A DNA stretch of 64,000 nucleotides from a phage, in the sequence record PZ452596.1; one strand, given 5' to 3'. Shown here piece by piece: positions 19,877-28,462 of the stretch (the stretch's first letter is position 1; every line of letters starts with the position of its first letter). Both the position numbers and the translations under genes were made by a program. The notes under the pieces were generated by a model, which was not told the DNA's origin, searched no databases, and worked only from the letters and a program-made list of their open reading frames with translations.

Positions 19877-20886
19877 GCATTTAGTGCATTGTTCAGTTTA
19901 GAACGTTGCTTTGTCAGATTTTGAACCCTTGACTGAGCTTGTTCTAACGCCTTTTCAGCTTCTAGCACTTCATTGGTCGCTTTAATGAGTTCATCATCTA
20001 CTGCCTTAAGAGACTTCTCAATCGCGTCAGCGTGCCATTTTTCTACAGGTTTAAAATTTGAATTTTCAGTAGGAAGAAAACTCACTTTATTAAGTTTACA
20101 TGCATCTATATTGCTTGAGCTATACATCCAAAATTTAGGATCGTTTGATAAGTAATTGGATAAATTTAAGTTATCTTGCACTTCCTGCTTTTTCTCTTGC
20201 GGGACTTCGTCCTTTCTCAAAAAATCGTATTTAAATGAAACGATCATATCAAGTTCATATGATGTTGTATCTAACTTAAATCGTTCAAAACGAGGTAAAA
20301 TCTTAGATTGAACAGCAGCAACAACATCCATATACTTAAATGCTTCTGTCAACTGTGATTTAAGGCATTCACAAATTGAAAGAGAATTTTTTGTATTAGG
20401 TTTAAAGCTAATTCGTGCAGTTCTATTATTTTCTTTTAATGGTCTTACTTCCATTTGAAGAGTATAACAATCAAATTTCAGATTCTTTAAGTTAATATCA
20501 GAACCTTTTAATCGACTAGCCGTCGACAAAATTTGCTTCAATTGTTTACGGAATAGAGCAATAAATCTCCATTCAATACGATAATGATTTGGATTAAAAA
20601 ATCCAGATGATAAATCGACCTTACTCTGACCAACGCCTTGAACAAATAGAGGATTTTTATAATCAATAGTTTTACAGAAATCGGTGAGCTGCTCACGAGC
20701 AGTCATTTGTGTAATATACCCCGCTTTACTAAAATGACGTAACAATTCACTGCTATTTAGATATTTAAAGTGAATAGCACGATTAACTTTATCAGGGTCT
20801 AAATTATTTTCACACAAAAATGTCATAACATTACGAGTATCGCTGGCAGTACGAACCATATCTTCAATTTGAGAACGAGTTTTCAT
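19867..20886 (-). CDS. Paralog family member P3, 339 aa
   Basis: Track ORF; motif FRKQLKQILSTASRLKGSD matches P2 FKKQILKSASKLCYGD. Confidence 0.6.
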   Translation of the reverse strand: MKTRSQIEDMVRTASDTRNVMTFLCENNLDPDKVNRAIHFKYLNSSELLRHFSKAGYITQMTAREQLTDFCKTIDYKNPLFVQGVGQSKVDLSSGFFNPNHYRIEWRFIALFRKQLKQILSTASRLKGSDINLKNLKFDCYTLQMEVRPLKENNRTARISFKPNTKNSLSICECLKSQLTEAFKYMDVVAAVQSKILPRFERFKLDTTSYELDMIVSFKYDFLRKDEVPQEKKQEVQDNLNLSNYLSNDPKFWMYSSSNIDACKLNKVSFLPTENSNFKPVEKWHADAIEKSLKAVDDELIKATNEVLEAEKALEQAQSRVQNLTKQRSKLNNALNALN

Positions 20887-20894
20887 GGTGTTCC

Positions 20895-21782
20895 TTAAGA
20901 TTTAAGTAAATCAACAATTTTAATTAACTTTTCACGCTCAGATTTAGCTTTACTACTCAATCCGGATAGTCTAAAGATTTCATCGTCATATTGTTGAATA
21001 GAAATATTCAGCTCTTCAATTTGCTTATTAAAATAATCAATTTGCTCAGAATGTTTTTCGTTACTACGAACTGGTACAGGTTTTGTAGGCAATTTAGTTG
21101 AACTGGATTCATTCGGGCGATAAATTAAAATGCAATTTGAACCAATCGGGCATTTAGCACCAGATGAATATTCTAATGTTCCGGCTTCTTTTAAAACTTC
21201 AAAAGCTAAACAGAGATGATACCCCATATTAACATAATCTGTAGAGTGAGCTCTGATATAATAATCATCGCCGCGAATACTAAATTTAAAGCATTTAAGG
21301 TCTTCTGTATTATTGGTCTTAAAAATCATTTGTTTATCTAGACCTTTAGCTAATCGAGCGCCTAATGCTAATAATCGTCGTTGATTTTCCCACAAATCCG
21401 CAATCATTTGGTCAAATGATAATTTTGGCATTAGTCGACCATAAAGGTCATATCCTTTATTATAATTACGAAGGATTTCACTCGCATTAATACGAGACAA
21501 CGCTCCAATTTTATTAAGGGCTTTCATGATGCGATTAGATAAACCCATTCCAGACCCGTTTGTTCGTTGTAAATGTTTATCTAATCCAAACCCAATATCA
21601 ACTTTAAATTTATCTAAAATTTCAGCATGAACATCTCTGTCAATAACATTCAAATCCAAAGTTGGGTTAAATCTATGAAAAAATTTATCTGGCTCTCCAC
21701 GACGAAGTACAGTCCATTCATTCAATTTTTTATTAACTAAAGATTTAATTACTGCATTGACATTATTAATTACTACTGACAT
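20895..21782 (-). CDS. Paralog family member P4, 295 aa
   Basis: Track ORF (TTG start) trimmed to ATG MSVVINNVNAV. Confidence 0.55.
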   Translation of the reverse strand: MSVVINNVNAVIKSLVNKKLNEWTVLRRGEPDKFFHRFNPTLDLNVIDRDVHAEILDKFKVDIGFGLDKHLQRTNGSGMGLSNRIMKALNKIGALSRINASEILRNYNKGYDLYGRLMPKLSFDQMIADLWENQRRLLALGARLAKGLDKQMIFKTNNTEDLKCFKFSIRGDDYYIRAHSTDYVNMGYHLCLAFEVLKEAGTLEYSSGAKCPIGSNCILIYRPNESSSTKLPTKPVPVRSNEKHSEQIDYFNKQIEELNISIQQYDDEIFRLSGLSSKAKSEREKLIKIVDLLKS

Positions 21783-21793
21783 ATTTTTCTCAC

Positions 21794-21973
21794 TCAATTT
21801 TCAATTTTACTAAATACACAGAATATGATTGAAAAGACTATATAAGCACCGCACACAGATTGAACTAATACCATTCCAAAGAACCAAATAATATTATCAA
21901 ACAGTGTCTGTTTTACGTCGAAAGGACGTAAACTTACAGTAATATTATCACCTTTTTCTATTGAAGAATACAT
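21794..21973 (-). CDS. Small membrane ORF, 59 aa (possible C-terminal half of a frameshifted gene)
   Basis: Hand-translated MYSSIEKGDNITVSLRPFDVKQTLFDNIIWFFGMVLVQSVCGAYIVFSIIF...; overlaps the 3' end of ORF 21958..22200 in another frame. Confidence 0.3.
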   Translation of the reverse strand: MYSSIEKGDNITVSLRPFDVKQTLFDNIIWFFGMVLVQSVCGAYIVFSIIFCVFSKIEN

Positions 21974-22200
21974 CTCTGGTGAAATATATTCACTAAATCT
22001 ATAACCGTCTTTGAGTTCATATACAGAGCAATAAACGATAAACTAGACCCCTTTCCTTGAGTTCCTGTAAGGGTATTAACTACAGTAACATCATAATCTT
22101 TATAATGCATATAATCATTAATTGCGTAATAACCATATGCAACTACTACACATAAACAACATATCAATAAATTCAATCTTTTAATTATCAACTGTTTCAT
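21958..22200 (-). CDS. Hypothetical membrane/secreted protein, 80 aa
   Basis: Track ORF with hydrophobic N-terminus. Confidence 0.4.
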   Translation of the reverse strand: MKQLIIKRLNLLICCLCVVVAYGYYAINDYMHYKDYDVTVVNTLTGTQGKGSSLSFIALYMNSKTVIDLVNIFHQRCILQ

Positions 22201-22255
22201 AATAATCTCAATTAAAAGGGCTTAGAACCATTATACCATCCTTGGTATAAAGCGG

Positions 22256-22783
22256 TTATGCGAGTACCGTCTTTAACCGTTCTTCAAACTTCCGAAGAGT
22301 ATTCTGGCGTTCAGCTCTTTGCTTTTTGTAAGTTTCAATACGCTCTGAAATGAGAGTGTATCGTTCATTTACTGATTCTTTCATAAAATCAGGAATTTCA
22401 CGAGAAGCTTTAATCTCGTCAAATTTATCAATAACAGCTTGCTCTTCAGCAATTAAATTATCATACATCAAAATATCTTTCTTGATGAACTCAATATCTT
22501 CTTGAGTTACACGAGATAATTTAGATGCTTTATCCTTTTTGTACTGTTCGTTAGTATCACGAGACCAGTGTAATGTACGATTTTTATTCGTATTCTTATA
22601 AATTTCTACAATACCGATCTCGTCAATAATAACGATCCAATTCCAACAGGATTTGTAAATTTGTCCTCCATCAACTGTGATTTCACCACCAATTGAGACA
22701 TCATTAAAGAACTTGCTTTGAGCTTCAGATTTAAATTTACCATCGTTATAATTTACCAGGTTGAAAATATCTTTAGCGTTCAT
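22256..22783 (-). CDS. Hypothetical protein, 175 aa, coiled-coil C-terminus
   Basis: Track ORF; RBS GGAGG; directly downstream of early promoter. Confidence 0.55.
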   Translation of the reverse strand: MNAKDIFNLVNYNDGKFKSEAQSKFFNDVSIGGEITVDGGQIYKSCWNWIVIIDEIGIVEIYKNTNKNRTLHWSRDTNEQYKKDKASKLSRVTQEDIEFIKKDILMYDNLIAEEQAVIDKFDEIKASREIPDFMKESVNERYTLISERIETYKKQRAERQNTLRKFEERLKTVLA

Positions 22784-22810
22784 TTTTGTTCCTCCGCAGT
22801 TGATAGTTGT

Positions 22811-22840
22811 ATAGTACCACAGAGGAACGGTCTTGTAAAC
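22811..22840 (-). promoter_or_regulatory. T4-type early promoter with conserved leader module
   Basis: GTTTACA - 17 nt - TACTAT, then conserved ACAACTATCAACT leader. Confidence 0.5.
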
Positions 22841-22842
22841 AA

Positions 22843-23157
22843 CTAAAAGAAACTTCTTTCACAATTTTTTCCACTGAACCAAGCGCTCACTGCTTTCTTA
22901 GTCTCAGGAGCAGTGTTATCCATAAACCATTCAAAGGCAGCCTTTTTATGATTCTGGAGGGCTTCTCGGGCTTTAATCTGCTCACGGTCTATTAACACTA
23001 ACATATGAGCCTTTCTTGTCACCAAGGGCTTCTTATGATTTTTTGAATACTCCCAGTCATTTGTCCAACGCATTGTCGTTGCGAACTGATGAACCGCGTC
23101 TTTAATTTTAGTTTCATAAATTTCACGAGCCTTTGAGTATAACATCATTACCTCCAT
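22843..23157 (-). CDS. Hypothetical protein, 104 aa
   Basis: Track ORF, ATG verified. Confidence 0.5.
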   Translation of the reverse strand: MEVMMLYSKAREIYETKIKDAVHQFATTMRWTNDWEYSKNHKKPLVTRKAHMLVLIDREQIKAREALQNHKKAAFEWFMDNTAPETKKAVSAWFSGKNCERSFF

Positions 23158-23246
23158 CTACCAGTTTAATTCTAGTCATCTTTTTGATGGCAGTCCATAT
23201 AATCTATTTCTGAACTGCCTTTTTATCTTAGAAGGCCTCTTATGAA

Positions 23247-24215
23247 TTATTTCAGAAGAGTAACCTCAGCGATTTCTTCCCAACCGTTTTTGTCGGTCAT
23301 AATAAAGTCAGCAAGATAAAGAGCAGTACGCAGTGAAACATTGCGTAAACGATTAACATTGACTTTCATCCATGATAATGCTTTATAAGTTTCTTCATCA
23401 GAAAGACCGCGCTTTTGCATCATGTCAGTTGAAAGAATAACATCTTCAACCCTGACCATAATTTCTTCATTAGTGTGAACACCCAAATCCAAATAAACCG
23501 AGCGGGACACTAATGCTTGTAAATGTGGAGCAAGTTTAGTACCACGGTCTAATTCGCGGTCAATGTCAACGTTTGTGATAAAAACAATCGTTCCTTTAAA
23601 TTCAAACTCACGCTCAATGCCTTTTTCTTCTAAGTAAGAAGATGCAGTGCTCCAGCAGACTTTACGGGTCTCTCCAGTGTCCAGAGCAGCTTTCAGAAGA
23701 TTAAGAATGTCCATATCAGAGAAAACATCCACATCGTCAATCAAAAGGACAGAATTCTCTTCACGATTATTCCAAAGCTGCTCATAAAGACCAATACCAG
23801 AGATTTTACCATTAATACTTTTATATTCAATGTATCCAACATCATTTGCTTTATTTAAAGCTTTATCTAAAGAATATGTTTTACCTATACCTGCCGCACC
23901 AGAGATAATTAATGAACGAATGTTTCCGTTAATAATACCATTCGTCATCATTCCCATAACATTAAATCTTTTATTAATGCGGGTTTTCATATCTTCATAT
24001 GATTCTTTAACTTCTTCAACTTTTACACCATCATATGAAATGTCTGATTTGTAAACCCAAACACCGCGACGTTTACCGTCAATTTCAACAAAAACTTTAC
24101 CATCTCCTTGTGCATCTACCGGAGCATTATCCGGGAACCATTCGCCTAAGAGCTCAAAAGTTCCAGAGATTTCTTTACCGAAGTAGATACCCTTATTGAT
24201 AGTTACAGTTTTCAT
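23247..24215 (-). CDS. P-loop NTPase (AAA-like), 322 aa
   Basis: Walker A GAAGIGKT, Walker B LLIDDVD; track ORF trimmed to MKTVTINKG because the early promoter overlaps the longer ORF. Confidence 0.6.
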   Translation of the reverse strand: MKTVTINKGIYFGKEISGTFELLGEWFPDNAPVDAQGDGKVFVEIDGKRRGVWVYKSDISYDGVKVEEVKESYEDMKTRINKRFNVMGMMTNGIINGNIRSLIISGAAGIGKTYSLDKALNKANDVGYIEYKSINGKISGIGLYEQLWNNREENSVLLIDDVDVFSDMDILNLLKAALDTGETRKVCWSTASSYLEEKGIEREFEFKGTIVFITNVDIDRELDRGTKLAPHLQALVSRSVYLDLGVHTNEEIMVRVEDVILSTDMMQKRGLSDEETYKALSWMKVNVNRLRNVSLRTALYLADFIMTDKNGWEEIAEVTLLK

Positions 24216-24252
24216 TTTATTCTCCAAATCTGTATCAGTAGTTGATAGTTGT

Positions 24253-24282
24253 ATAGTACCATAAAGCTTTATGCTTGTAAAC
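24253..24282 (-). promoter_or_regulatory. T4-type early promoter with conserved leader module
   Basis: GTTTACA - 17 nt - TACTAT, then ACAACTATCAACTACTGA, RBS GGAGA, ATG. Confidence 0.5.
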
Positions 24283-24300
24283 AACTTTGTGAAAAATTTT

Positions 24301-24331
24301 TGAAATAAAAAAGGGAGCCCGAAGGCTCCCT
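24301..24331 (-). terminator. Rho-independent terminator after the nucleotidyltransferase gene
   Basis: AGGGAGCC-UUCG-GGCUCCCU hairpin followed by UUUUUAUUU. Confidence 0.55.
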
Positions 24332-24332
24332 A

Positions 24333-25346
24333 TCATTTATAATAACTTCGATGGTTTTCAAGATAGACCTTCTCAAGGAAGTCATCCCAGAAACTCATGT
24401 CTACTTTTTGCTGCATACCGTTCTTAGAAGCTTCAGTAGATGCTGCTTCTACTTGATCGACCACATCTTCCAAAAACTCTTGAACTGTTTTAAATGGATG
24501 CTTACCCAACTTCACGTCGAGAATAAATGGAGCGTCTTGAAGTGGATAAACCAAGTCGCCAGTTTTGTAAATTTCCAATAGTTGAAGTCCACCACGACAG
24601 GCATGGCTCAGAGCTTTCCAGTCAATGCCTTCGTTGGCTTCGGCCTTACGAGCGCGTTCACCATATTCAGCATCTAATTTGTTCAGTGACTGCTTAAGCT
24701 CAATAAGAGAAAGAGTTGTCTGATATTTACGACCCAACACAGTGTAGAACGTTTGTGGGCCTGTTTTCTCATGATTATGGAACACCCATTCACAGAATTC
24801 GTTTTCTGGAAGACGATGCTTAATATCTTCAACTTTAGTGCGACGCTGCTTAATAGAACCATCTTCTTGGTAATCAACCCATTGCTCAGGGATTTGATTA
24901 ACTACTTTCAATACATCGCGTAATGCAGCCAAACGAGAACCCTTGACACCGTATTTAGAAGCTTGCTTGCGAACATATCCTAAATAGGATTTCATGTTAG
25001 TCGTATAAAAACGAGAACGGTTGTCTTGAATAAACTTCCACACATCAGGCAAATCAGATTTAACCACTAGTTCAGGTGGAGTGTGAAGCATATCCAATGC
25101 TACAGTTTCACCATCTGCTGCTAATTTAAAGAAATATTTAAGACTGTATAGTTCATGGTCAATATCATCTTTAGTGTTTTTAGATGATGTGTTGTTAGTG
25201 TTTTTACTCATATGCTCTTTAACATTTCCGATAAGAATATCGCGAGCAGGAGGAACAAAAATTTCTTTAAAATCTACATCAGATTCTGGGGTAGAAGTTC
25301 CATAAAGATGACTACCAAAATAGCTTTTCATTACTGTTTTCATCAT
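24333..25346 (-). CDS. Pol-beta superfamily nucleotidyltransferase-like protein, 337 aa
   Basis: N-terminal FGSHLYGTSTPESDVDF fits hG[GS]-x9-13-DhDh; large helical C-terminal region. Confidence 0.55.
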   Translation of the reverse strand: MMKTVMKSYFGSHLYGTSTPESDVDFKEIFVPPARDILIGNVKEHMSKNTNNTSSKNTKDDIDHELYSLKYFFKLAADGETVALDMLHTPPELVVKSDLPDVWKFIQDNRSRFYTTNMKSYLGYVRKQASKYGVKGSRLAALRDVLKVVNQIPEQWVDYQEDGSIKQRRTKVEDIKHRLPENEFCEWVFHNHEKTGPQTFYTVLGRKYQTTLSLIELKQSLNKLDAEYGERARKAEANEGIDWKALSHACRGGLQLLEIYKTGDLVYPLQDAPFILDVKLGKHPFKTVQEFLEDVVDQVEAASTEASKNGMQQKVDMSFWDDFLEKVYLENHRSYYK

Positions 25347-25804
25347 TCAGCCTTATATTCAATAACAGGACACACTTTAGCTTTACGAGCCTTTAAAAAT
25401 TCAACGATAATCGATTTCTTGGGTTGAATAGGAGGTAAACCTTTATACGCTCTATCAATATTTTCTACGTGTAAAGCATAATCCTTTTTCCATTTATAAT
25501 CTTTATATTTTTCACGCAAATGTGCAGGAATAACAAATGAACCGATAATAAGTAAAACAACCAAAAGCGCAAGTATAAATGCCGATGGAAGAAGAGTCCA
25601 TAAACTACCGAAAATAAGCCAACGTTGTAGGCTTTCTGCACAAATAATTGTTAGCCCTACGAGTATAGTACATCCAAAAATAGAAACGAAAAATGTAGGA
25701 ATGGCAATAGACCAAAAATATGCGCATAGTGTCTTAGGTCGTTGCCATTCATCGTTAAACAATTTGAATAATTTATAATGCCAAGAGTTTTCATTAATAA
25801 TCAT
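25343..25804 (-). CDS. Integral membrane protein, 153 aa
   Basis: Track ORF with several hydrophobic helices; 4-nt overlap with downstream gene. Confidence 0.55.
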   Translation of the reverse strand: MIINENSWHYKLFKLFNDEWQRPKTLCAYFWSIAIPTFFVSIFGCTILVGLTIICAESLQRWLIFGSLWTLLPSAFILALLVVLLIIGSFVIPAHLREKYKDYKWKKDYALHVENIDRAYKGLPPIQPKKSIIVEFLKARKAKVCPVIEYKAE

Positions 25805-25806
25805 AA

Positions 25807-26328
25807 TTATCCTTTCATTGAAGGCGTAACAGTTGTTAAATACTTAATCATAGCTTCAGCTTCTGATTTTGATAATGAAATTTCTCCATTGTTTTGACGA
25901 ATAGAAATAAAATCCGGATGACGGTCACCACCAGCTTTTAAAACACACATATAAGTATCAACTTCGCCTTCAATATTTGAAATGATTGAAGCAGTTCCAC
26001 ATGAATGTGGTTTTTGATAAATCAATACAGCTTTTCTTCCGCCATTTGACTGCTCATAGGCTTTTAATACATCAAGCAAATCAGTTCTTTTATCAATAGC
26101 TAAAATGTTATTTTCATCTTCAATGTTAAATCCTTCGGATACTTCATAAAGTGTCACCCATAAATCGCCAATATCAATAACAGCATTTACGTTTCCACGG
26201 CTTTCAAGAGCATGACAAATTTTCTTGATTTCGTCATAACTCATTTTAATAATATCATCTCCTTGAATAAGAAAGATGTCATTTTTAAATTCAACACGAA
26301 TTAAACCACTTCCACTTGAAATAAACAT
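25807..26328 (-). CDS. Hypothetical protein, 173 aa (paralog of 26335..26877)
   Basis: C-terminus AEAMIKYLTTVTPSMKG resembles neighbour's AIALKTYLDSVIPTMISK. Confidence 0.55.
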   Translation of the reverse strand: MFISSGSGLIRVEFKNDIFLIQGDDIIKMSYDEIKKICHALESRGNVNAVIDIGDLWVTLYEVSEGFNIEDENNILAIDKRTDLLDVLKAYEQSNGGRKAVLIYQKPHSCGTASIISNIEGEVDTYMCVLKAGGDRHPDFISIRQNNGEISLSKSEAEAMIKYLTTVTPSMKG

Positions 26329-26334
26329 ATTTCC

Positions 26335-26877
26335 TCACTTTGAAATCATAGTTGGAATGACAGAATCAAGATAAGTCTTTAGCGCAATAGCTTCGTCTTT
26401 GGTAAATGTGACAATATGCGCTCGAGAATCATCAATTTGGCGAACAAGTACGACATCGCCATCTTCATAAGAAGTCTTGACATCCAAAGTCGTAGTATAA
26501 TTTGCAGCTACTGGATTAATAATGTTAGCGCCGCGGTCTTTAGCCCATTGAAGTTTAGCCTTTTCGGATGTTTCGACTGTTTCAGATTCCAAGAATTCTT
26601 TCACCTTGACAACGAATGTTGCCCAATTGTTGATAGAAAGACACATAAATTCAGTTTCAATATTACCGCCGTAAAGGCCACGATAAAAACGAACTTGGAG
26701 GTCGTCTGTAATATTAGTTACACCGGTAACTCCTGAGGGAGCATAAGATAAAATCGCAGCCAGTTCCATAGGAAGAATAGTAATACTATCGTCTTCCTGC
26801 GTCAGAACGTATACATTACCACGTTTTTCGATAACCAGGTCACCGAACAAATCAGTTGTTTCAATTACAGCTTTCAT
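26335..26877 (-). CDS. Hypothetical protein, 180 aa (paralog of 25807..26328)
   Basis: Track ORF (TTG start) trimmed to ATG MKAVIETTDLF. Confidence 0.55.
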   Translation of the reverse strand: MKAVIETTDLFGDLVIEKRGNVYVLTQEDDSITILPMELAAILSYAPSGVTGVTNITDDLQVRFYRGLYGGNIETEFMCLSINNWATFVVKVKEFLESETVETSEKAKLQWAKDRGANIINPVAANYTTTLDVKTSYEDGDVVLVRQIDDSRAHIVTFTKDEAIALKTYLDSVIPTMISK

Positions 26878-26878
26878 A

Positions 26879-27064
26879 TTATTTACCAATTAAAGTTTCA
26901 ATATAAGAATCAAGATTTACTTTAGCTTCTTCCATAAGAGTTTTGTATTTAATCTTGTTAGCATGTCCGGAGAAAGCTGATTCATCAATAACTGTTGCTG
27001 TATGAACAGCTTTGCTATATGTTTCAATTAATTCTCTTAATTTAAAAGCCTGCTCACTTGTCAT
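26879..27064 (-). CDS. Small helical protein family member, 61 aa (MTSEQAFKLRELIETYSKAVH...)
   Basis: Track ORF 26879..27067 (GTG) with ATG one codon in; shares the M-x-S/T-x-EQ start and DLxxYxE end with five other small ORFs. Confidence 0.5.
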   Translation of the reverse strand: MTSEQAFKLRELIETYSKAVHTATVIDESAFSGHANKIKYKTLMEEAKVNLDSYIETLIGK

Positions 27065-27168
27065 CACATACTCCTCTGAATCATATCAATAATGTTGTTC
27101 ACCAGATTATAAGTAAACATTGGGTAATTATATTGAATCATCACATACACAACAAACAAAACTTTCAT
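27064..27168 (-). CDS. Small hydrophobic peptide ORF, 34 aa
   Basis: Hand-translated MKVLFVVYVMIQYNYPMFTYNLVNNIIDMIQRSM; RBS AAGGAGAAGAGA just downstream of the early promoter. Confidence 0.3.
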   Translation of the reverse strand: MKVLFVVYVMIQYNYPMFTYNLVNNIIDMIQRSM

Positions 27169-27196
27169 TCTCTTCTCCTTGGCAGCTGACAAGATT

Positions 27197-27225
27197 ACTA
27201 TACCATAACCTTGCCAACTTGTAAA
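27197..27225 (-). promoter_or_regulatory. T4-type early promoter (GTTTACA - 17 nt - TATAGT)
   Basis: Seen on the minus strand; heads the operon ending at the 24301-24331 terminator. Confidence 0.5.
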
Positions 27226-27228
27226 CCA

Positions 27229-27402
27229 TTAAATGATGTTTTCAATAAAATTCTGAAGCTTTGTGTGAGCATCAACCATGATTTTCAATTCTTCTTTAGC
27301 GAAAGCTGTACCTCTTTCCCGAGAAGAACACTCATAGTCAGAAACTGCATTAGCATATTCTTCAATTAGTTTCATTAAAAACATCTGCTTTTCAGTTTTC
27401 AT
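27229..27402 (-). CDS. Small helical protein family member, 57 aa (MKTEKQMFLMKLIEEYANAV...)
   Basis: Hand-translated; ATGA overlap with the upstream stop. Confidence 0.4.
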   Translation of the reverse strand: MKTEKQMFLMKLIEEYANAVSDYECSSRERGTAFAKEELKIMVDAHTKLQNFIENII

Positions 27403-27586
27403 TATTCCACCTAATCATTTCAAGATATTGAACTAACTTAGCTTTAGATTTATCCAAATCCTTTTTAGCTGCTTCTATACCGTCGTATGAATATCCTTCA
27501 CAATGCTCAACTGCTAATTGATATGAATCTATTTCAACATCACGTGCTAATTTAATGATTTTTTCAAACTGTTCACATGTTAGCAT
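27392..27586 (-). CDS. Small helical protein family member, 64 aa
   Basis: Track ORF MLTCEQFEKIIKLARDV... Confidence 0.5.
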   Translation of the reverse strand: MLTCEQFEKIIKLARDVEIDSYQLAVEHCEGYSYDGIEAAKKDLDKSKAKLVQYLEMIRWNNEN

Positions 27587-27588
27587 AC

Positions 27589-27792
27589 TTAAACTCTCGT
27601 ATTATGATCGATAATTTCATCAAGAAACATATCTAACGCTTCTATAGCATTATCAACTTTAGCTTCAAGTTCATCAATACCTTTATTTGCAATGCCTGAC
27701 GAAAACCAAGCAAAGTCACTAAGTTCCTCGTCTGCTTTACGAATTAAAGCTACTAATTCCTTAATTTTATCCGCTTGTTCGATACTAATCAT
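27589..27792 (-). CDS. Small helical protein family member, 67 aa
   Basis: Track ORF trimmed to [17 protein letters not shown]; TAATG coupling. Confidence 0.5.
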   Translation of the reverse strand: MISIEQADKIKELVALIRKADEELSDFAWFSSGIANKGIDELEAKVDNAIEALDMFLDEIIDHNTRV

Positions 27793-27977
27793 TATTCCAC
27801 CACATATGAAAGAGAGAATATTGCACACGCCATGTGAGTTGCAACTTCATCACACATATTATAACGTTTCTTAAGAAGTTCTACAAGTTCTTCACTAGTA
27901 ACTTCATCCATGTCGACGAAAAAATCACCATTAATGATGACGTAAATATTTCCTTCTTGATTGAGTGCTTCAATTTT
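27792..27977 (-). CDS. Hypothetical protein, 61 aa
   Basis: Track ORF trimmed to [10 protein letters not shown] (RBS GAGGAG downstream of early promoter). Confidence 0.5.
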
Positions 27978-27997
27978 CATGATGTTCTCCTCTTTAT

Positions 27998-28026
27998 CCG
28001 ATAGTTGTATAGTATCACAGCTCAAA
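27998..28026 (-). promoter_or_regulatory. T4-type early promoter with conserved leader module
   Basis: TTTACT - 17 nt - TACTAT, then ACAACTATC. Confidence 0.5.
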
Positions 28027-28040
28027 CGGAAAGTAAACCG

Positions 28041-28070
28041 GTAAAATGAAAAAAGTCTCCCGAAGGAGAC
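28041..28070 (-). terminator. Rho-independent terminator after the rI.-1-like gene
   Basis: GUCUCC-UUCG-GGAGAC hairpin followed by UUUUUUCAUUUU. Confidence 0.55.
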
Positions 28071-28075
28071 TAATG

Positions 28076-28462
28076 TTATTCGAGGGAAAGAAGATACTTA
28101 CTCTGGTAAAACATCCCAGTAATATCATCTATCGTGCTTTGAATGGCTGGAGGCATTTCTTTATAAATGCTGTTAGATTGGTCTAGTATGCGATCAATCA
28201 TTTTAATTGTGTCGGTAGGAAGTTTACTGGCATCTGGAATTGAAGGTGTGTATTTTCTACCAGAATACCCCAAATATTGCTCACCAAATTTATCAATCAA
28301 ATCTGGTAACTCGGAGAAAATAAAATCGTATGCTTTGTGTCTAGCATAACTTTTAGTTTCAAAATGTGCAGAATGAAAATAAGCTTGTGCAGCCATTAAT
28401 AAACCTAAGTATTCATCTGCCTTTGAAGGTTTTCCACTTTGTGAAAAGTCGCTGAATTTCAT
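28076..28462 (-). CDS. Hypothetical protein (T4 rI.-1 position), 128 aa
   Basis: Track ORF; 4-nt overlap with rI stop. Confidence 0.55.

Noticed and set aside
17829-21782. Considered the four coiled-coil paralogs as tail-fibre or structural proteins
   Set aside because: They lie in the early region with early promoters, far from the late structural module, and lack fibre-type repeats.
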